A stretch of 64,000 nucleotides of DNA from Candidatus Dadabacteria bacterium. GTDB lineage: Bacteria; Desulfobacterota_D; UBA1144; Nemesobacterales; CSP1-2. A program made the translations under genes and the position numbers. The stretch is from assembly GCA_963805855.1 (NCBI GenBank), contig CAWDVW010000005.1, forward strand, positions 672,001-736,000, in the 5' to 3' direction. Each line of letters opens with the position of its first letter. The stretch's first letter is position 1. Below the pieces are notes generated by a model, which ran no database searches, was not told the DNA's origin, and was given only the letters and a program-made list of their open reading frames with translations. Positions 28,017-38,092 of this stretch are shown in pieces.

Positions 28017-28886
28017 ATGAGCACACGTCCTCCTATTATAATAACCGGAATGAGCCGCTCAGGTACCGGGGTACTGACAAAAATGCTCGAACGACTGGGT
28101 CTTTTTGTAGGACTAAGAAAAGAAAGAAACCATGAGGCATTGTTTTTTGAAAAACTGAACCGATGGCTTTTGTATCAGTGCAGTGGGGGGTTGGAGAACC
28201 CAAAGACAATTAAATACCTTCTTGAAGATAAAGAATCCCGAAGGCTATTTGCGAACTTCTTACGCTTCATAATGAAAACACCGCTAGCAATTTCATTTCT
28301 TGGATTGAGTAAATATTTACGCTATCATACACCTGCGAATCTCGATATTCCATGGGGATGGAAAGACCCTCGTAACACCTATACTTTGCCCATCTGGCTA
28401 GATATATTTCCCGATGCAAAAGTAATTCATATATACAGACATGGTGTTGACGTAGTAGAGAGCCTGCGGGTAAGAAGAGAAAAGGGGCTTTCAAGATTAA
28501 AAGACCGGCACCCTAGATTCAAGACTATTTATTGGTTCTACCTGACGCTAAAATTCGTAGAGGCACAGAGAACTTTTGTCGACCTGAGGTGTTCCTCGAT
28601 GGAAGAGGCATTAAATATGTGGGAAGAGTATCTTCAGGAGGCTCGATCCAATGTATGTAGACTTAAAGAAGGTGCTATGGAGATCAAATACGAGGATCTG
28701 CTTACAGAACCTGTCAGTATATTGAGGGAGCTTGCAAACTTTTGTGAATTAGACACCTCAGCCAGAGAAATTGAATTAGTAACACAGGAATTAAAAAGAA
28801 ATCGCGCTTATGCATACCTTGATGACCCAAAGTTAAAGGCATTTGCAGCCAGTGTAGCCGATAGGTTAAAAATTTACGGTTATTAG
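28017..28886 (+). CDS. PAPS-dependent sulfotransferase
   Basis: IIITGMSRSGT, WGWKDPR, IHIYRHGVDVVES, IKYEDLL. Confidence 0.88.
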   Translation: MSTRPPIIITGMSRSGTGVLTKMLERLGLFVGLRKERNHEALFFEKLNRWLLYQCSGGLENPKTIKYLLEDKESRRLFANFLRFIMKTPLAISFLGLSKYLRYHTPANLDIPWGWKDPRNTYTLPIWLDIFPDAKVIHIYRHGVDVVESLRVRREKGLSRLKDRHPRFKTIYWFYLTLKFVEAQRTFVDLRCSSMEEALNMWEEYLQEARSNVCRLKEGAMEIKYEDLLTEPVSILRELANFCELDTSAREIELVTQELKRNRAYAYLDDPKLKAFAASVADRLKIYGY

Positions 28887-28925
28887 CCAGCAACTTTTTA
28901 GAAAGCCACGATTCAGCTCCCGATA

Positions 28926-30275
28926 CTATGGCACGGGCAGCTCATTTTTCGAAATCCTCTTTTCTTCGCTTTTAATTAAGTCTCTTAGAAATATAAACGC
29001 CACAGAAGACTTAATAATTGCGTAACCCAAGAATGCGAAACCTGCTCCGAGGTAAGAAAACCTCGGTACAAGTACTATCAACAAACCAACATAAGTTGTT
29101 GTAGTTATTATGTCTAATACAGTTCTAAGGCCCGGTTTCCCGATCGCCAGCAAAGCGGCATTAATCCAGAAGGTTAGTTGTGATATTAAAATGGCAACGG
29201 TAACAACCCTGAGTGTATTTGTTGCTGCGACGTAATCTCTACCATAGAAAATACTGATTAGCTGTTCAGCTAAAAGAAGTATGATGATAGTTAATGGAAT
29301 TGTAAACTTAAGTAGGGTCTTTAATGAGTATTTAATTATATTTATAAAATCGGTTAATCCCTCTGATTTGGAGATGCTAACGAGTTCAGGGTAGATAGCC
29401 TGATGCAGAGGCCCTGAAAACCTTGTCATCAACTTTATAGCGGATCTGGCGATCTTGTAGTATGCGGCGGCGTCTTTACCGGAAAAATAACCAAGAGCCA
29501 AAATTCCCAGGAGATTTTCATTCCCCATCTTAAGAGTCCCGGTAAAGCTAGTATTACCCAAAAACCATGCTATTTCCTTCCATTGACTCCTGATTAACCC
29601 CAGTTTTGCCCTCCACCACCCACTGAGTTTAAACTCATTTAATGTTTGCGAAACAGCCCAAAATCTGATTGCAAAACCAAAAAAGCTGGCTGCCACATAT
29701 ATAAACAAAACACCCTTAATTCCCAGACCAATGAAAAGAACCAAACACACAAGGGCAACTCTGAAGAAAGTCTGGACAGAGGATATAAACGCTATTTTCT
29801 TAAATTTATTAAATACCCTGAGTATAGAATCAGAAGTCGAATTCGCCGTATCTATAAGCAGACTGATTGAATAAATTATAATAAGTGTGTAGGCCTGAGG
29901 AGAGTGTATAAAATATTTGTTAGCAAGATTTGCTGTAAGAACCGCAATTGCAAATGCCAGTATTCCAGTAGATATATCCACCATATAGGAAAGCTTGACC
30001 ATCGAACGAGTTCTCTCATAATCCCTTTTTCCCCAAAATGTCCCGATGTATTTTGTAGCAGTTTCCCAGACCCTAACATCAAAAAATCTGTTTAGAAATT
30101 CCACGTATGCAACTATTAGCGCCAGCAGTCCAAAATCGCTGACGCCTAGAATTCTTGCTAAGACAATCGGTTCTATAGCAGCAAAGACTGCGGATACAGT
30201 ATTGCCACCAAACAGCCAGGATGCGTTCAGAAATAAATTCTGTTTTATATTTTTCTTATCGCTCATGTTTCCCAA
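28926..30275 (-). CDS. Wzx-like oligosaccharide flippase (MOP superfamily)
   Basis: About 12 TM segments, LARILGVSDFGLL, AAAYYKIA; glycan-locus context. Confidence 0.85.
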   Translation of the reverse strand: MGNMSDKKNIKQNLFLNASWLFGGNTVSAVFAAIEPIVLARILGVSDFGLLALIVAYVEFLNRFFDVRVWETATKYIGTFWGKRDYERTRSMVKLSYMVDISTGILAFAIAVLTANLANKYFIHSPQAYTLIIIYSISLLIDTANSTSDSILRVFNKFKKIAFISSVQTFFRVALVCLVLFIGLGIKGVLFIYVAASFFGFAIRFWAVSQTLNEFKLSGWWRAKLGLIRSQWKEIAWFLGNTSFTGTLKMGNENLLGILALGYFSGKDAAAYYKIARSAIKLMTRFSGPLHQAIYPELVSISKSEGLTDFINIIKYSLKTLLKFTIPLTIIILLLAEQLISIFYGRDYVAATNTLRVVTVAILISQLTFWINAALLAIGKPGLRTVLDIITTTTYVGLLIVLVPRFSYLGAGFAFLGYAIIKSSVAFIFLRDLIKSEEKRISKNELPVP

Positions 30276-30483
30276 GAAACAGACAAATCAGCCCGATAAA
30301 TATCCAACTTAATACGAATCGGAGCCTGATTATGTCTTTAACTCTTCAAGATCAATAATCTTATCCTTTTAAGCCATGAAACTTGACATTTCACAGTAAC
30401 TACCTTTAATTTAAGTATATTCTATAATACACGATATATTCTTTGCTCGAAGTGGCACATAGAGTTGAAGATATTCTGAAGAA

Positions 30484-30729
30484 TTGATGTCTGACTTAGC
30501 ATCACGGCTACTAAAAACACTCTGCACAGGTTTAGGGGAAGGCAATACGAATACGGATAAGCTCACAAATTCGATATTAGAATCAAATCCTCAAAGGGAC
30601 TACAATAGTACAAAAATTGAAATTGTACAATGCCTTAAGGAGCTAAAAGAAAGCGGTCAGATACAGATCGTAACCACCGGCTGGGAACTTGGGCAAGAGT
30701 TCTTCTATATTTGCGCAAAAAGACTGTAG
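30484..30729 (+). CDS. Small hypothetical protein (possible winged helix)
   Basis: 80-81 aa ORF in a gap between genes; CLKELKESGQIQ pattern; TTGACA upstream. Confidence 0.6.
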   Translation: MMSDLASRLLKTLCTGLGEGNTNTDKLTNSILESNPQRDYNSTKIEIVQCLKELKESGQIQIVTTGWELGQEFFYICAKRL

Positions 30730-30865
30730 AAGTAGAGGTTTTGTCCTTATCACTCTTAGTTCCAGAAAAGTCGCAAGATTCGAATTTAGGCACCCCTCTA
30801 GTTTCCTTTCGCAAATTTATTGCACACCTCTTTCGTCTATATTTTAGTTTCCCCTAAAAACCCTC

Positions 30866-30894
30866 TTGAAATACATACACATAATTTATACAAT
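30866..30894 (+). promoter_or_regulatory. Sigma70-type promoter for the clpX-like/fmt pair
   Basis: TTGAAA-N17-TACAAT, 26 bp upstream of ATG 30921, with GGAGG RBS. Confidence 0.6.
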
Positions 30895-30920
30895 TATAAG
30901 CTCACGGAGGCGCCCAATCG

Positions 30921-32039
30921 ATGAGAAGAGGAGAAAAAGTTTTCTATGTGAAAGACTTCATTCAAACAGTTCCTCTCCACTCCCCCAAAAAGATATTTGA
31001 AGAACTGGAAAACCTGGGATACCGGGGACAAGACAGGGCAAGAAAAGCGGTTTCTCTTGCGGCATACCGTCATGTGAAAAGGCTCAAGCTACTCCACAAT
31101 AAACGCATACCAAGATCAGAAATACCTCCACGACCAAACACGATTCTCATGGGTCCGACCGGATGTGGGAAAACCTACTTAATTGAATTGCTCTTTGGAG
31201 AAATATTTAAGCTCCCGTTTGTAATCATAGATATGACAAAGTTTACTGAATCTGGCTATGTCGGAGATGATGTCGTAAACATACTCGTTCAGCTCGTCTA
31301 CGCTGCTAATGAAAGCATTGATATAGGAGAGTGCGGAATTGTAGTACTGGATGAGTTTGATAAGATCGCCGGGGCATATAGCAGCGCCAGATTCGCTGGC
31401 CAGGGAACGACAAAAGATGTTTCCGGCTACGGAGTTCAGAGAGAGCTTCTTAAAATCTTGGAGGGTACAGATATTCAGATTCCCCTCGATTTCGGATTCT
31501 CAAGCAGGGGTCCAAGGGCTCTTATTTCAACGAGGGACATCTCATTTTTTGCCGTAGGCGCTTTCTCCGGAATAAGAAGTCTATTTGAAAAAGGCGGGCT
31601 CGGATTCCTGCAGAAGGTTGAGGAAAACTTTGAAGGGGAGGAGACAATCGCATATAAGCTCAGTGAAGAGGAAGCAGATGACGTTTCGAGATTTCATCTA
31701 TTTGGATTCCTTCCCGAGCTAATCGCGAGGTTTAACAGGATCGTACCCTTTTCTCCGCTGGATAATGAGACACTAAGAGAGATCCTCTTTCTAAGGGTTC
31801 AAAAATATATAAGAGAATTCGAAGAGGAGGGATTTAAGTTGCATGTGGAACCAGTGGTCGCTGAGTTTATCATAAGGGAGGCCAGGAAAAGACAGACAGG
31901 GGCGAGGGGGCTCGATGTTCTAATCTCCAAGTACTTAGAAGAGGTTGCCTTCGAGATATTTGGCAAGGGGGATGAAGGTGAGGTTATACTCAGGGTTTTA
32001 TCAGATAAGGTTTCGCACATAATCAAGAGACGTGCATAA
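30921..32039 (+). CDS. ClpX-like AAA+ ATPase lacking the N-terminal zinc-binding domain
   Basis: GQDRAR, GPTGCGKT, FTESGYVGDDV, VVLDEFDKI, KDVSGYGVQRELLKILEG, LGF loop, TGARGL. Confidence 0.85.
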   Translation: MRRGEKVFYVKDFIQTVPLHSPKKIFEELENLGYRGQDRARKAVSLAAYRHVKRLKLLHNKRIPRSEIPPRPNTILMGPTGCGKTYLIELLFGEIFKLPFVIIDMTKFTESGYVGDDVVNILVQLVYAANESIDIGECGIVVLDEFDKIAGAYSSARFAGQGTTKDVSGYGVQRELLKILEGTDIQIPLDFGFSSRGPRALISTRDISFFAVGAFSGIRSLFEKGGLGFLQKVEENFEGEETIAYKLSEEEADDVSRFHLFGFLPELIARFNRIVPFSPLDNETLREILFLRVQKYIREFEEEGFKLHVEPVVAEFIIREARKRQTGARGLDVLISKYLEEVAFEIFGKGDEGEVILRVLSDKVSHIIKRRA

Positions 32040-32988
32040 GACAAAATCTTCTGAATCCAGGTATAAAATCATCTTTATGGGAACCCCTGGATTTGCAGTA
32101 CCCACCCTCAGAGCGCTGATTGAATCCGAAAACGATGTCGTCACAGTGGTAACAAAGCCCGACACTCCAAAGGGGAGAGGCAGAAGAGTTATCCCACCAC
32201 CGATAAAAACCCTTACAATTGACTACAATATTCCGGTTCTGCAACCCGAAAAAATTAAGACAGAGGAATTCCATAGCGAACTGAAAGAATATGAACCCGA
32301 CATGATATGTGTAGCAGCTTATGGGAAGATTCTTCCAAAAAATATATTGGACCTCCCCCCTCATGGTTGCATTAACGTTCACGCTTCGCTCCTACCAAAA
32401 TACAGGGGAGCGGCACCTATAAATTGGGCCATTATAAGGGGAGAAGAAATCACGGGCATTACAACAATGATGATGGATGAAGGAATGGATACTGGGGATA
32501 TGCTACTTCAAAAAGAGGTAAAAATTGAGGTTGAGGATGACGCGGAATCTCTTTCTGAAAGGCTCTCTATAGTTGGGGCTGAGCTCTTAACAGAGACAAT
32601 ACGGCTTCAAAAGCAGGGAAGGCTCCCTCGCATTCCCCAAGATCACTTAAAAGCAACTTATGCACCAATGCTCAAAAAAGAGGACGGAATTATAGACTGG
32701 AGAACATCCTCTGAAGAGATAAAAAACCTTATCCGCGGCACCCTACCCTGGCCGGGCGCACACACAACCATCGATGGGAAAAATCTAAAACTCTACAAAG
32801 CTGAAGTATCTCATGGTACAGGAAAACCAGGAGAGGTAATCCTGCCTGAATCAGGAATTCTGAGAGTCGCCACGGGAGATGGTTCGATCGATATCACAGA
32901 GATTCAGATAGAGGGGGGGAAGAGACTATCTACCCAGGCGTTTTTAAGTGGGCGAAAAATTCCAAGGGGTACTATCTTTGGGAAATAG
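32032..32988 (+). CDS. fmt: Methionyl-tRNA formyltransferase
   Basis: IIFMGTPGFAVP, VAAYGKILP, INVHASLLPKYRGAAPI, MDEGMDTGD. Confidence 0.97.
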   Translation: MHKTKSSESRYKIIFMGTPGFAVPTLRALIESENDVVTVVTKPDTPKGRGRRVIPPPIKTLTIDYNIPVLQPEKIKTEEFHSELKEYEPDMICVAAYGKILPKNILDLPPHGCINVHASLLPKYRGAAPINWAIIRGEEITGITTMMMDEGMDTGDMLLQKEVKIEVEDDAESLSERLSIVGAELLTETIRLQKQGRLPRIPQDHLKATYAPMLKKEDGIIDWRTSSEEIKNLIRGTLPWPGAHTTIDGKNLKLYKAEVSHGTGKPGEVILPESGILRVATGDGSIDITEIQIEGGKRLSTQAFLSGRKIPRGTIFGK

Positions 32989-33006
32989 AAATAGGAATCC
33001 AAGCCT

Positions 33007-33084
33007 ATCGGGACAGGAATGTCCCGACTATCCATGATTAATTCCGTAATCGATAATGATAGGCGGGGTTTTCCTACCCCGCAT
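33007..33084. repeat. GATAG-tagged REP-like doublet between convergent genes
   Basis: ATCGGGACAGGAATGTCCCGACTATC ... GATAGGCGGGGTTTTCCTACCCCGCAT, an inverted copy of the doublets at 2019-2102 and 2215-2297. Confidence 0.85.
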
Positions 33085-33105
33085 GGATAAAACATTTCGC
33101 CTTTA

Positions 33106-33473
33106 CTAAAAACTCAAAACAACATCAAACGACCCGATCTTTACCTTAGAAACGATAGAGTTTTTCCAACATATATCCCTTGCCACACCCTGAATCTCCT
33201 TTGGAACTAAAACCACAAGTTGTACACCGAGCTGTGACATCTCTTTCCACTGACCGAGCTCTGTCTCATTAACAGTGTCCTTTGTCTCAACCTCTATTAT
33301 CAAGACGATTTGTCCATAATTCACACACACAGCGTCGGGATAATGTCCTTTACCTCGTAATTCTGCTCGTCTCCAGGATTTATGTGGACTTCTTTATAAA
33401 TCCTCGAATACTTTTCCTGCAACTTTCTTATCACCCAATCGTGAAGAAATTGTTCATCAGCCGTCCGATCCAT
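33106..33473 (-). pseudogene. Frameshifted ~122-aa hypothetical protein with PD-(D/E)xK-like motif (pseudogene or sequence error)
   Basis: ATG 33473 gives MDRTADEQFLHDWVIRKLQEKYSRIYKEVHINPGDEQNYEVK. A -1 shift near 33349 continues GHYPDAVCVNYGQIVLIIEVET..., joining track ORF 33106-33330. Confidence 0.7.
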
Positions 33474-33474
33474 A

Positions 33475-34323
33475 TCATTTTCCCCACATGAGCTTTGTCT
33501 TAAGAATAGTAAAATAATCCCTGAAAGGAGACCTGATCAACCTAACAGAGTTACCTGACTTTTTAACCTCTATCTCATCACCTAATTCTAAGTTGACTCC
33601 TACCTGACCATCAAGCGTGAGGTATATATCGGATGTTTCTGTGAGAACCTTCACCTTTATTGTCGATTCATTTGAAACGACAAGAGGCCTGTTTGTAAGC
33701 ATATGCGGAGAAATGGGAGTAATTATAGTTAAGGGTAACGTCGGATACACGATTGGTCCCCCAGCAGAGAGTGAGTAGGCTGTAGAGCCGGTGGGAGTGG
33801 ATAGAATTAACCCGTCCGCCCTGTACGAAGTCACACTGGAACCATTTATATACATTTCGAGATCTATTACTCGTGCAATTACCCCTTTGCAAATTACGAC
33901 ATCGTTCAGGACGAAATAGTCTCCGATCCTATTTGAATTTCTATGGATAACAGCCGATAGCATTTCCCTTTTTTCTGTAGCGTATTCTCCTTTAGTAATA
34001 CTCTCAACCACCGGATAGAGTTCATCGATCGTTATCTCTGTGAGAAAGCCCAAGCCCCCGAGATTGACACCTAGTATAGGTATATTGCTTTTGCAAACTA
34101 GACGTGCGACATCGAGAAACGTTCCATCACCCCCAAAGACCAAAACAACATCTGAAACCTCAGGAAGGACACTACGGGGTACGGAATTCGGGTGATCAAT
34201 TTTTTTACCTATCTCTTCTTCAACATAGACGTCAACCCCTCTTCTGGCAAGCCACTTGCTTAGCTCACCCGCGATCTCGAACACCTCTTTTTTATTTGTT
34301 TTTCCTATTATACCGACTCTCAA
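33475..34323 (-). CDS. nadK: NAD(+) kinase
   Basis: FGGDGTFL, GVNLGGLGFL, LNDVV, ADGLILSTPTGSTAYSLSAGGP, TLDGQ. Confidence 0.97.
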   Translation of the reverse strand: MRVGIIGKTNKKEVFEIAGELSKWLARRGVDVYVEEEIGKKIDHPNSVPRSVLPEVSDVVLVFGGDGTFLDVARLVCKSNIPILGVNLGGLGFLTEITIDELYPVVESITKGEYATEKREMLSAVIHRNSNRIGDYFVLNDVVICKGVIARVIDLEMYINGSSVTSYRADGLILSTPTGSTAYSLSAGGPIVYPTLPLTIITPISPHMLTNRPLVVSNESTIKVKVLTETSDIYLTLDGQVGVNLELGDEIEVKKSGNSVRLIRSPFRDYFTILKTKLMWGK

Positions 34324-34428
34324 TCAAATCTCCCTTCTCTCTGATACTTCACGTGCTAAAAGAAATTTTCATAAATCGATATAAAATACTTGAGAGACTC
34401 AGGAATCAAAGCAAATGGCTCTTAAGGC

Positions 34429-35563
34429 CTAACGACTCGTATTGCCAATAATTTTATTTCCACCGTCTCTTGAGGAGAAGACTAGATATCGTTTAATAAA
34501 CTCATTCAAATCACCATCCAGGACGGGTTCAACATTTCCGGTTTCATATTCGGTTCGATGATCTTTTATCATCCTATATGGATGTAGCACATAAGACCTG
34601 ATTTGACTACCCCACCCTATTTCCTTCTTTGTCGAGTGGAGCTCTTCAAGCTTTACTCTTTGTTTTTCTTTCTCAAGCTCATAAAGTCTCGCACGGAGTA
34701 TCCTTAAAGCATTAGCCCGATTTTGATGTTGAGAGCGTTCATTCTGACAACTGACCACCACTCCGGTGGGAATGTGGGTAATTCGAACAGCCGAATCTGT
34801 TTTGTTCACGTGCTGACCACCCGCACCGCTGGCACGAAACGTGTCGACCCTCAAGTCGCCTTCGTCAATTTCAAGTTCGATAGTGTCATCAATCTCCGGA
34901 GAAACGAAGACCGAAGAGAATGATGTGTGCCTTCTCTTATTTGAGTCAAAGGGCGATATCCGAACTAGACGATGCACCCCGCTTTCACCTTTCAAATATC
35001 CATATGCATATGGCCCCTTCACAACAAATGTCGCACTTTTAATTCCAGCTTCCTCTCCCTCCTGCATGTCCAGCATCTGCACCTCGAAACCCTTTCTTTC
35101 CGTATACCTTAAGTACATCCTGAGAAGCATTTCAGACCAATCCTGCGCTTCGGTTCCTCCTGCGCCCGAATTGATGGAAACAATTGCATTTCTCTCATCA
35201 TCAGAATCTCCGAGTATCCGCTTAAACTCCAAATCCTCCACCTTTTTCTCAATCCTAGATAACTTGTCCCTGGCTTCCTCTGCCGCTTCTTCATCTCCCT
35301 CTTCAATAGAAAGCTCCGTTAACACCTCTGCATCCTCAAACTCACGCTTTAGATGCTCAAATTCATCTATAATCCCCTTGGTCAGAGACTGTTCCCTGAC
35401 ATATTGTTGTGCCGTCTCCGGATCATCCCAGAATTTGGGCTGCGATATTATTTTATCTAATTCAGCTAGACGCGATTTTTTGCCAGGCAGGTCAAACAAA
35501 ACCCCTTAATTCGCTTATTCTATTCTTAAGATTCTTTATCTTCTCACTACTTTCCGTCAACAT
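34429..35563 (-). CDS. prfB: Peptide chain release factor 2, with programmed +1 frameshift after codon 23
   Basis: ATG 35563 (GGAGG RBS) gives MLTESSEKIKNLKNRISELRGFV*, then +1 DLPGKKSRL...; GAGGTEAQDW, SPF tripeptide, GAGGQHVN. Confidence 0.96.
35491..35506 (-). promoter_or_regulatory. prfB +1 frameshift cassette (internal SD, shift codon, TGA-C)
   Basis: Minus strand AGGGGT-TTT-GTT-TGA-C; same geometry as canonical AGGGGG-TAT-CTT-TGA-C. Confidence 0.85.
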
Positions 35564-35680
35564 GTCTAAACCTCCATTCTACAAATATATATCTCCTCTC
35601 CTAAACTTTCAATGATGTTGAATTATAGCAAATTTTGGGTAAATTCTTAAATTCATTCTTAAAATAGCGGAGAACATAAG

Positions 35681-36838
35681 GTGAAAACATATCTCTTTAC
35701 ACCGGGCCCGGTCCCAGTTCCAGAAGAAGTCCTTGCTGAAATGTCAAAGCCAATAATACATCACAGGACAGATGAATTCGAAAACATATTTGCAGAAATC
35801 CGTGAGGGGCTTCGATACATTTTTGGAACCAAGCAAGAGGTCTTTATTTTAGCGTCCTCCGGAACGGGCTCCATGGAAGCAGCAGTGGCAAACACCCTCT
35901 CAATTGGCGATAAGGTTCTCGTTGTAAACGGAGGCAAATTCGGTGAGAGATGGGGGAAGATATGCCGGGCGTACGGCTTAGTCGTAGAAGAATTGTTTGT
36001 CGATTGGGGCGAGGCAGTCGATCCGGAGAAAGTAAGTGATGCGCTTAAAAGCGATCGCTCAATTCGGGCCGTCTTAATCCAGGCGAGCGAAACCTCAACT
36101 GGTGTAAAGCACCCAACCGATGAAATTGCGCAGATAACTCGAGAAAGGGACGATGTAATACTGATTGTCGACGGCATAACAGCAGTAGGTGTATTTCCCC
36201 TCCCGTTTGACGATACCGGGATAGATGTGCTTGTTGGAGGATCTCAAAAGGCCTTCATGCTCCCACCAGGACTCGCTTTTGCAACAATGAGTGAGAAGGC
36301 ATGGGAATTTTACGGAAGATCTAGCCTCCCAAAGTTTTATTTTGACTTCAAAAGCTATCTAAGCAATGCGAATAAGAATACTACGCCCTGGACCCCGGCA
36401 ATCACGCTGATAATAGGACTTGCCATAGTCCTAAGAAACTTTAAAGAAGAAGGGCTCGAAAAAATTTACAACCGACACGCAAACCTCGCACTTGCGACAA
36501 GGGAGGCAATGAAGGCTATCGGTCTAGATCTATATGCCAAACACTCCCCGAGCCCGGCCCTCACAGCCGTTATTGCTCCCGAGGAGATTGGTGCGGGCAA
36601 GGTAATAAATGGGCTTAGGCAAAAATTCGGCATGACGGTTGCAGGAGGACAGGATCAGGCAAAGGGAAAGATATTCAGGATTTCACATATCGGTTTCATA
36701 GATAAAGCAGCTACAATTGCCGTGATATCTGCGGTAGAGTCGGTCCTAAAGGATCTTGGATACGAATTCGTTTTTGGAAAAGGGCTTACAAAAGCAGCTG
36801 AAATCCTGTCAATGGACTCAACTTCTCTACAAAAATAG
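35681..36838 (+). CDS. Class V PLP aminotransferase (serine-pyruvate/alanine-glyoxylate family)
   Basis: LFTPGPVPVP, SSGTGSMEA, NGGKFGERW, ETSTGV, GGSQKAFMLPPGL, FRISHIG. Confidence 0.93.
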   Translation: MKTYLFTPGPVPVPEEVLAEMSKPIIHHRTDEFENIFAEIREGLRYIFGTKQEVFILASSGTGSMEAAVANTLSIGDKVLVVNGGKFGERWGKICRAYGLVVEELFVDWGEAVDPEKVSDALKSDRSIRAVLIQASETSTGVKHPTDEIAQITRERDDVILIVDGITAVGVFPLPFDDTGIDVLVGGSQKAFMLPPGLAFATMSEKAWEFYGRSSLPKFYFDFKSYLSNANKNTTPWTPAITLIIGLAIVLRNFKEEGLEKIYNRHANLALATREAMKAIGLDLYAKHSPSPALTAVIAPEEIGAGKVINGLRQKFGMTVAGGQDQAKGKIFRISHIGFIDKAATIAVISAVESVLKDLGYEFVFGKGLTKAAEILSMDSTSLQK

Positions 36839-36896
36839 GATTTAAACTTTTACCAGAGGAAAATTTTTGATGACGAGCGGCCATTGCCGTACAATG

Positions 36897-37823
36897 CTAT
36901 GTTCTCGTCTCATAACAACTGAGACCTATTGGCTCGCATTCCGTCGTCTCGACCTGTAGCGTCACATGGCTGATTCGAAACTTTTCAAATAACACCTTCT
37001 TCAACTCACTGACAAGGTCTTCTGACAACTGCATATCTTCAATGACCAAGTGCGCACTCAAAGCTTCAAAACCCTGAGTTAACGTCCAGGCATGGAGATC
37101 ATGCACACCAAGAACACCCCTGTGAGAGCGGATTGTGTCTTCAACCGACTTTAGTTCTATACCCTTTGGCGTTCCCTCAAGAAGAATATGTATCGAATCC
37201 CAAAATAAACCCCAGGCACCCCTAATTATCAATATCGAAATTATGATACTAATGATTGAATCCGCATAATACCAATTAGTCACAAGTATGATAAGCCCGG
37301 CAATTAAAGTGCCTAAAGAACCTAAGGCATCACTTATAACGTGATAAAATGCACCGCGTATGTTCAGGTTTTCACTCTGGTACTTCGACAAAACAAAGGC
37401 CCCGATCAGATTAATCAACAGCCCAAAAACTGCTACCACGGTCATCATAAGGCTCTTAACTTCCCTAGGCGCCAGTAGCCTGTCATAGGCTTCCAATATG
37501 ATTACTATAGATAATACAAATAACAGCATACTATTGAAGAACGCAGCGAGAATTTCAGCCCTGTAAAAGCCAAACGTTTTTACAGATGTCGGAGGTTTCA
37601 ATGAGAACCAGATTGCTAAAAGGGCAATAGAAATTGAGAAAGCATCCGTAAACATATGCACTGCATCAGAGAGAAGCGCCAAGCTACCCGTGTAAAAGCC
37701 GGCCACTATCTCTACGATCATAAAACTTACCGTAAGGCAGAGGACAACCACTAGGGCCTTTTTCTCTTTGAAGTCTCTAACGTTGTGATGAGAATGGTTT
37801 TCAGGTCCCATTTCAATTAACAA
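36897..37823 (-). CDS. Cation diffusion facilitator (CzcD/ZitB-like Zn/Co/Cd exporter)
   Basis: SLALLSDAVHMFTD, TFGFYRAEILAA, NIRGAFYHVISD, VHDLHAW, HVTLQVE. Confidence 0.93.
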   Translation of the reverse strand: MLIEMGPENHSHHNVRDFKEKKALVVVLCLTVSFMIVEIVAGFYTGSLALLSDAVHMFTDAFSISIALLAIWFSLKPPTSVKTFGFYRAEILAAFFNSMLLFVLSIVIILEAYDRLLAPREVKSLMMTVVAVFGLLINLIGAFVLSKYQSENLNIRGAFYHVISDALGSLGTLIAGLIILVTNWYYADSIISIIISILIIRGAWGLFWDSIHILLEGTPKGIELKSVEDTIRSHRGVLGVHDLHAWTLTQGFEALSAHLVIEDMQLSEDLVSELKKVLFEKFRISHVTLQVETTECEPIGLSCYETRT

Positions 37824-38092
37824 TACATATGATAAATATAAGAGTCAAAAACCTCCTGAGGCCACTGTATTTATTATATTATCATGATCTCGTCGGGGAA
37901 TTTATCACTCTAAATACCAAATTTCAAATAGTGACACTCCCGAAGAATCGATAACTCCAGTAGGTTCTGATCAATTCGAGAGGCTTTGATCGTACCCAAA
38001 AAATGCTAATCGATTTAATGCGCCATGAGAACATGACCTATCGGAAAGTCCAACGGATAAACAGATTCTTATATGAACTCAGCTACAAATTA

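Noticed and set aside
30453-30469. TGGCAC as a sigma54 promoter before the 81-aa ORF
   Set aside because: The -12 GC is missing at the required GG-N10-GC spacing.
33457-33477. nadK TGA followed by in-frame YGSDG* as possible read-through or selenocysteine
   Set aside because: The NadK domain is already complete, no SECIS-like hairpin is evident, and the next gene starts 1 nt later; an ordinary stop or a point change suffices.
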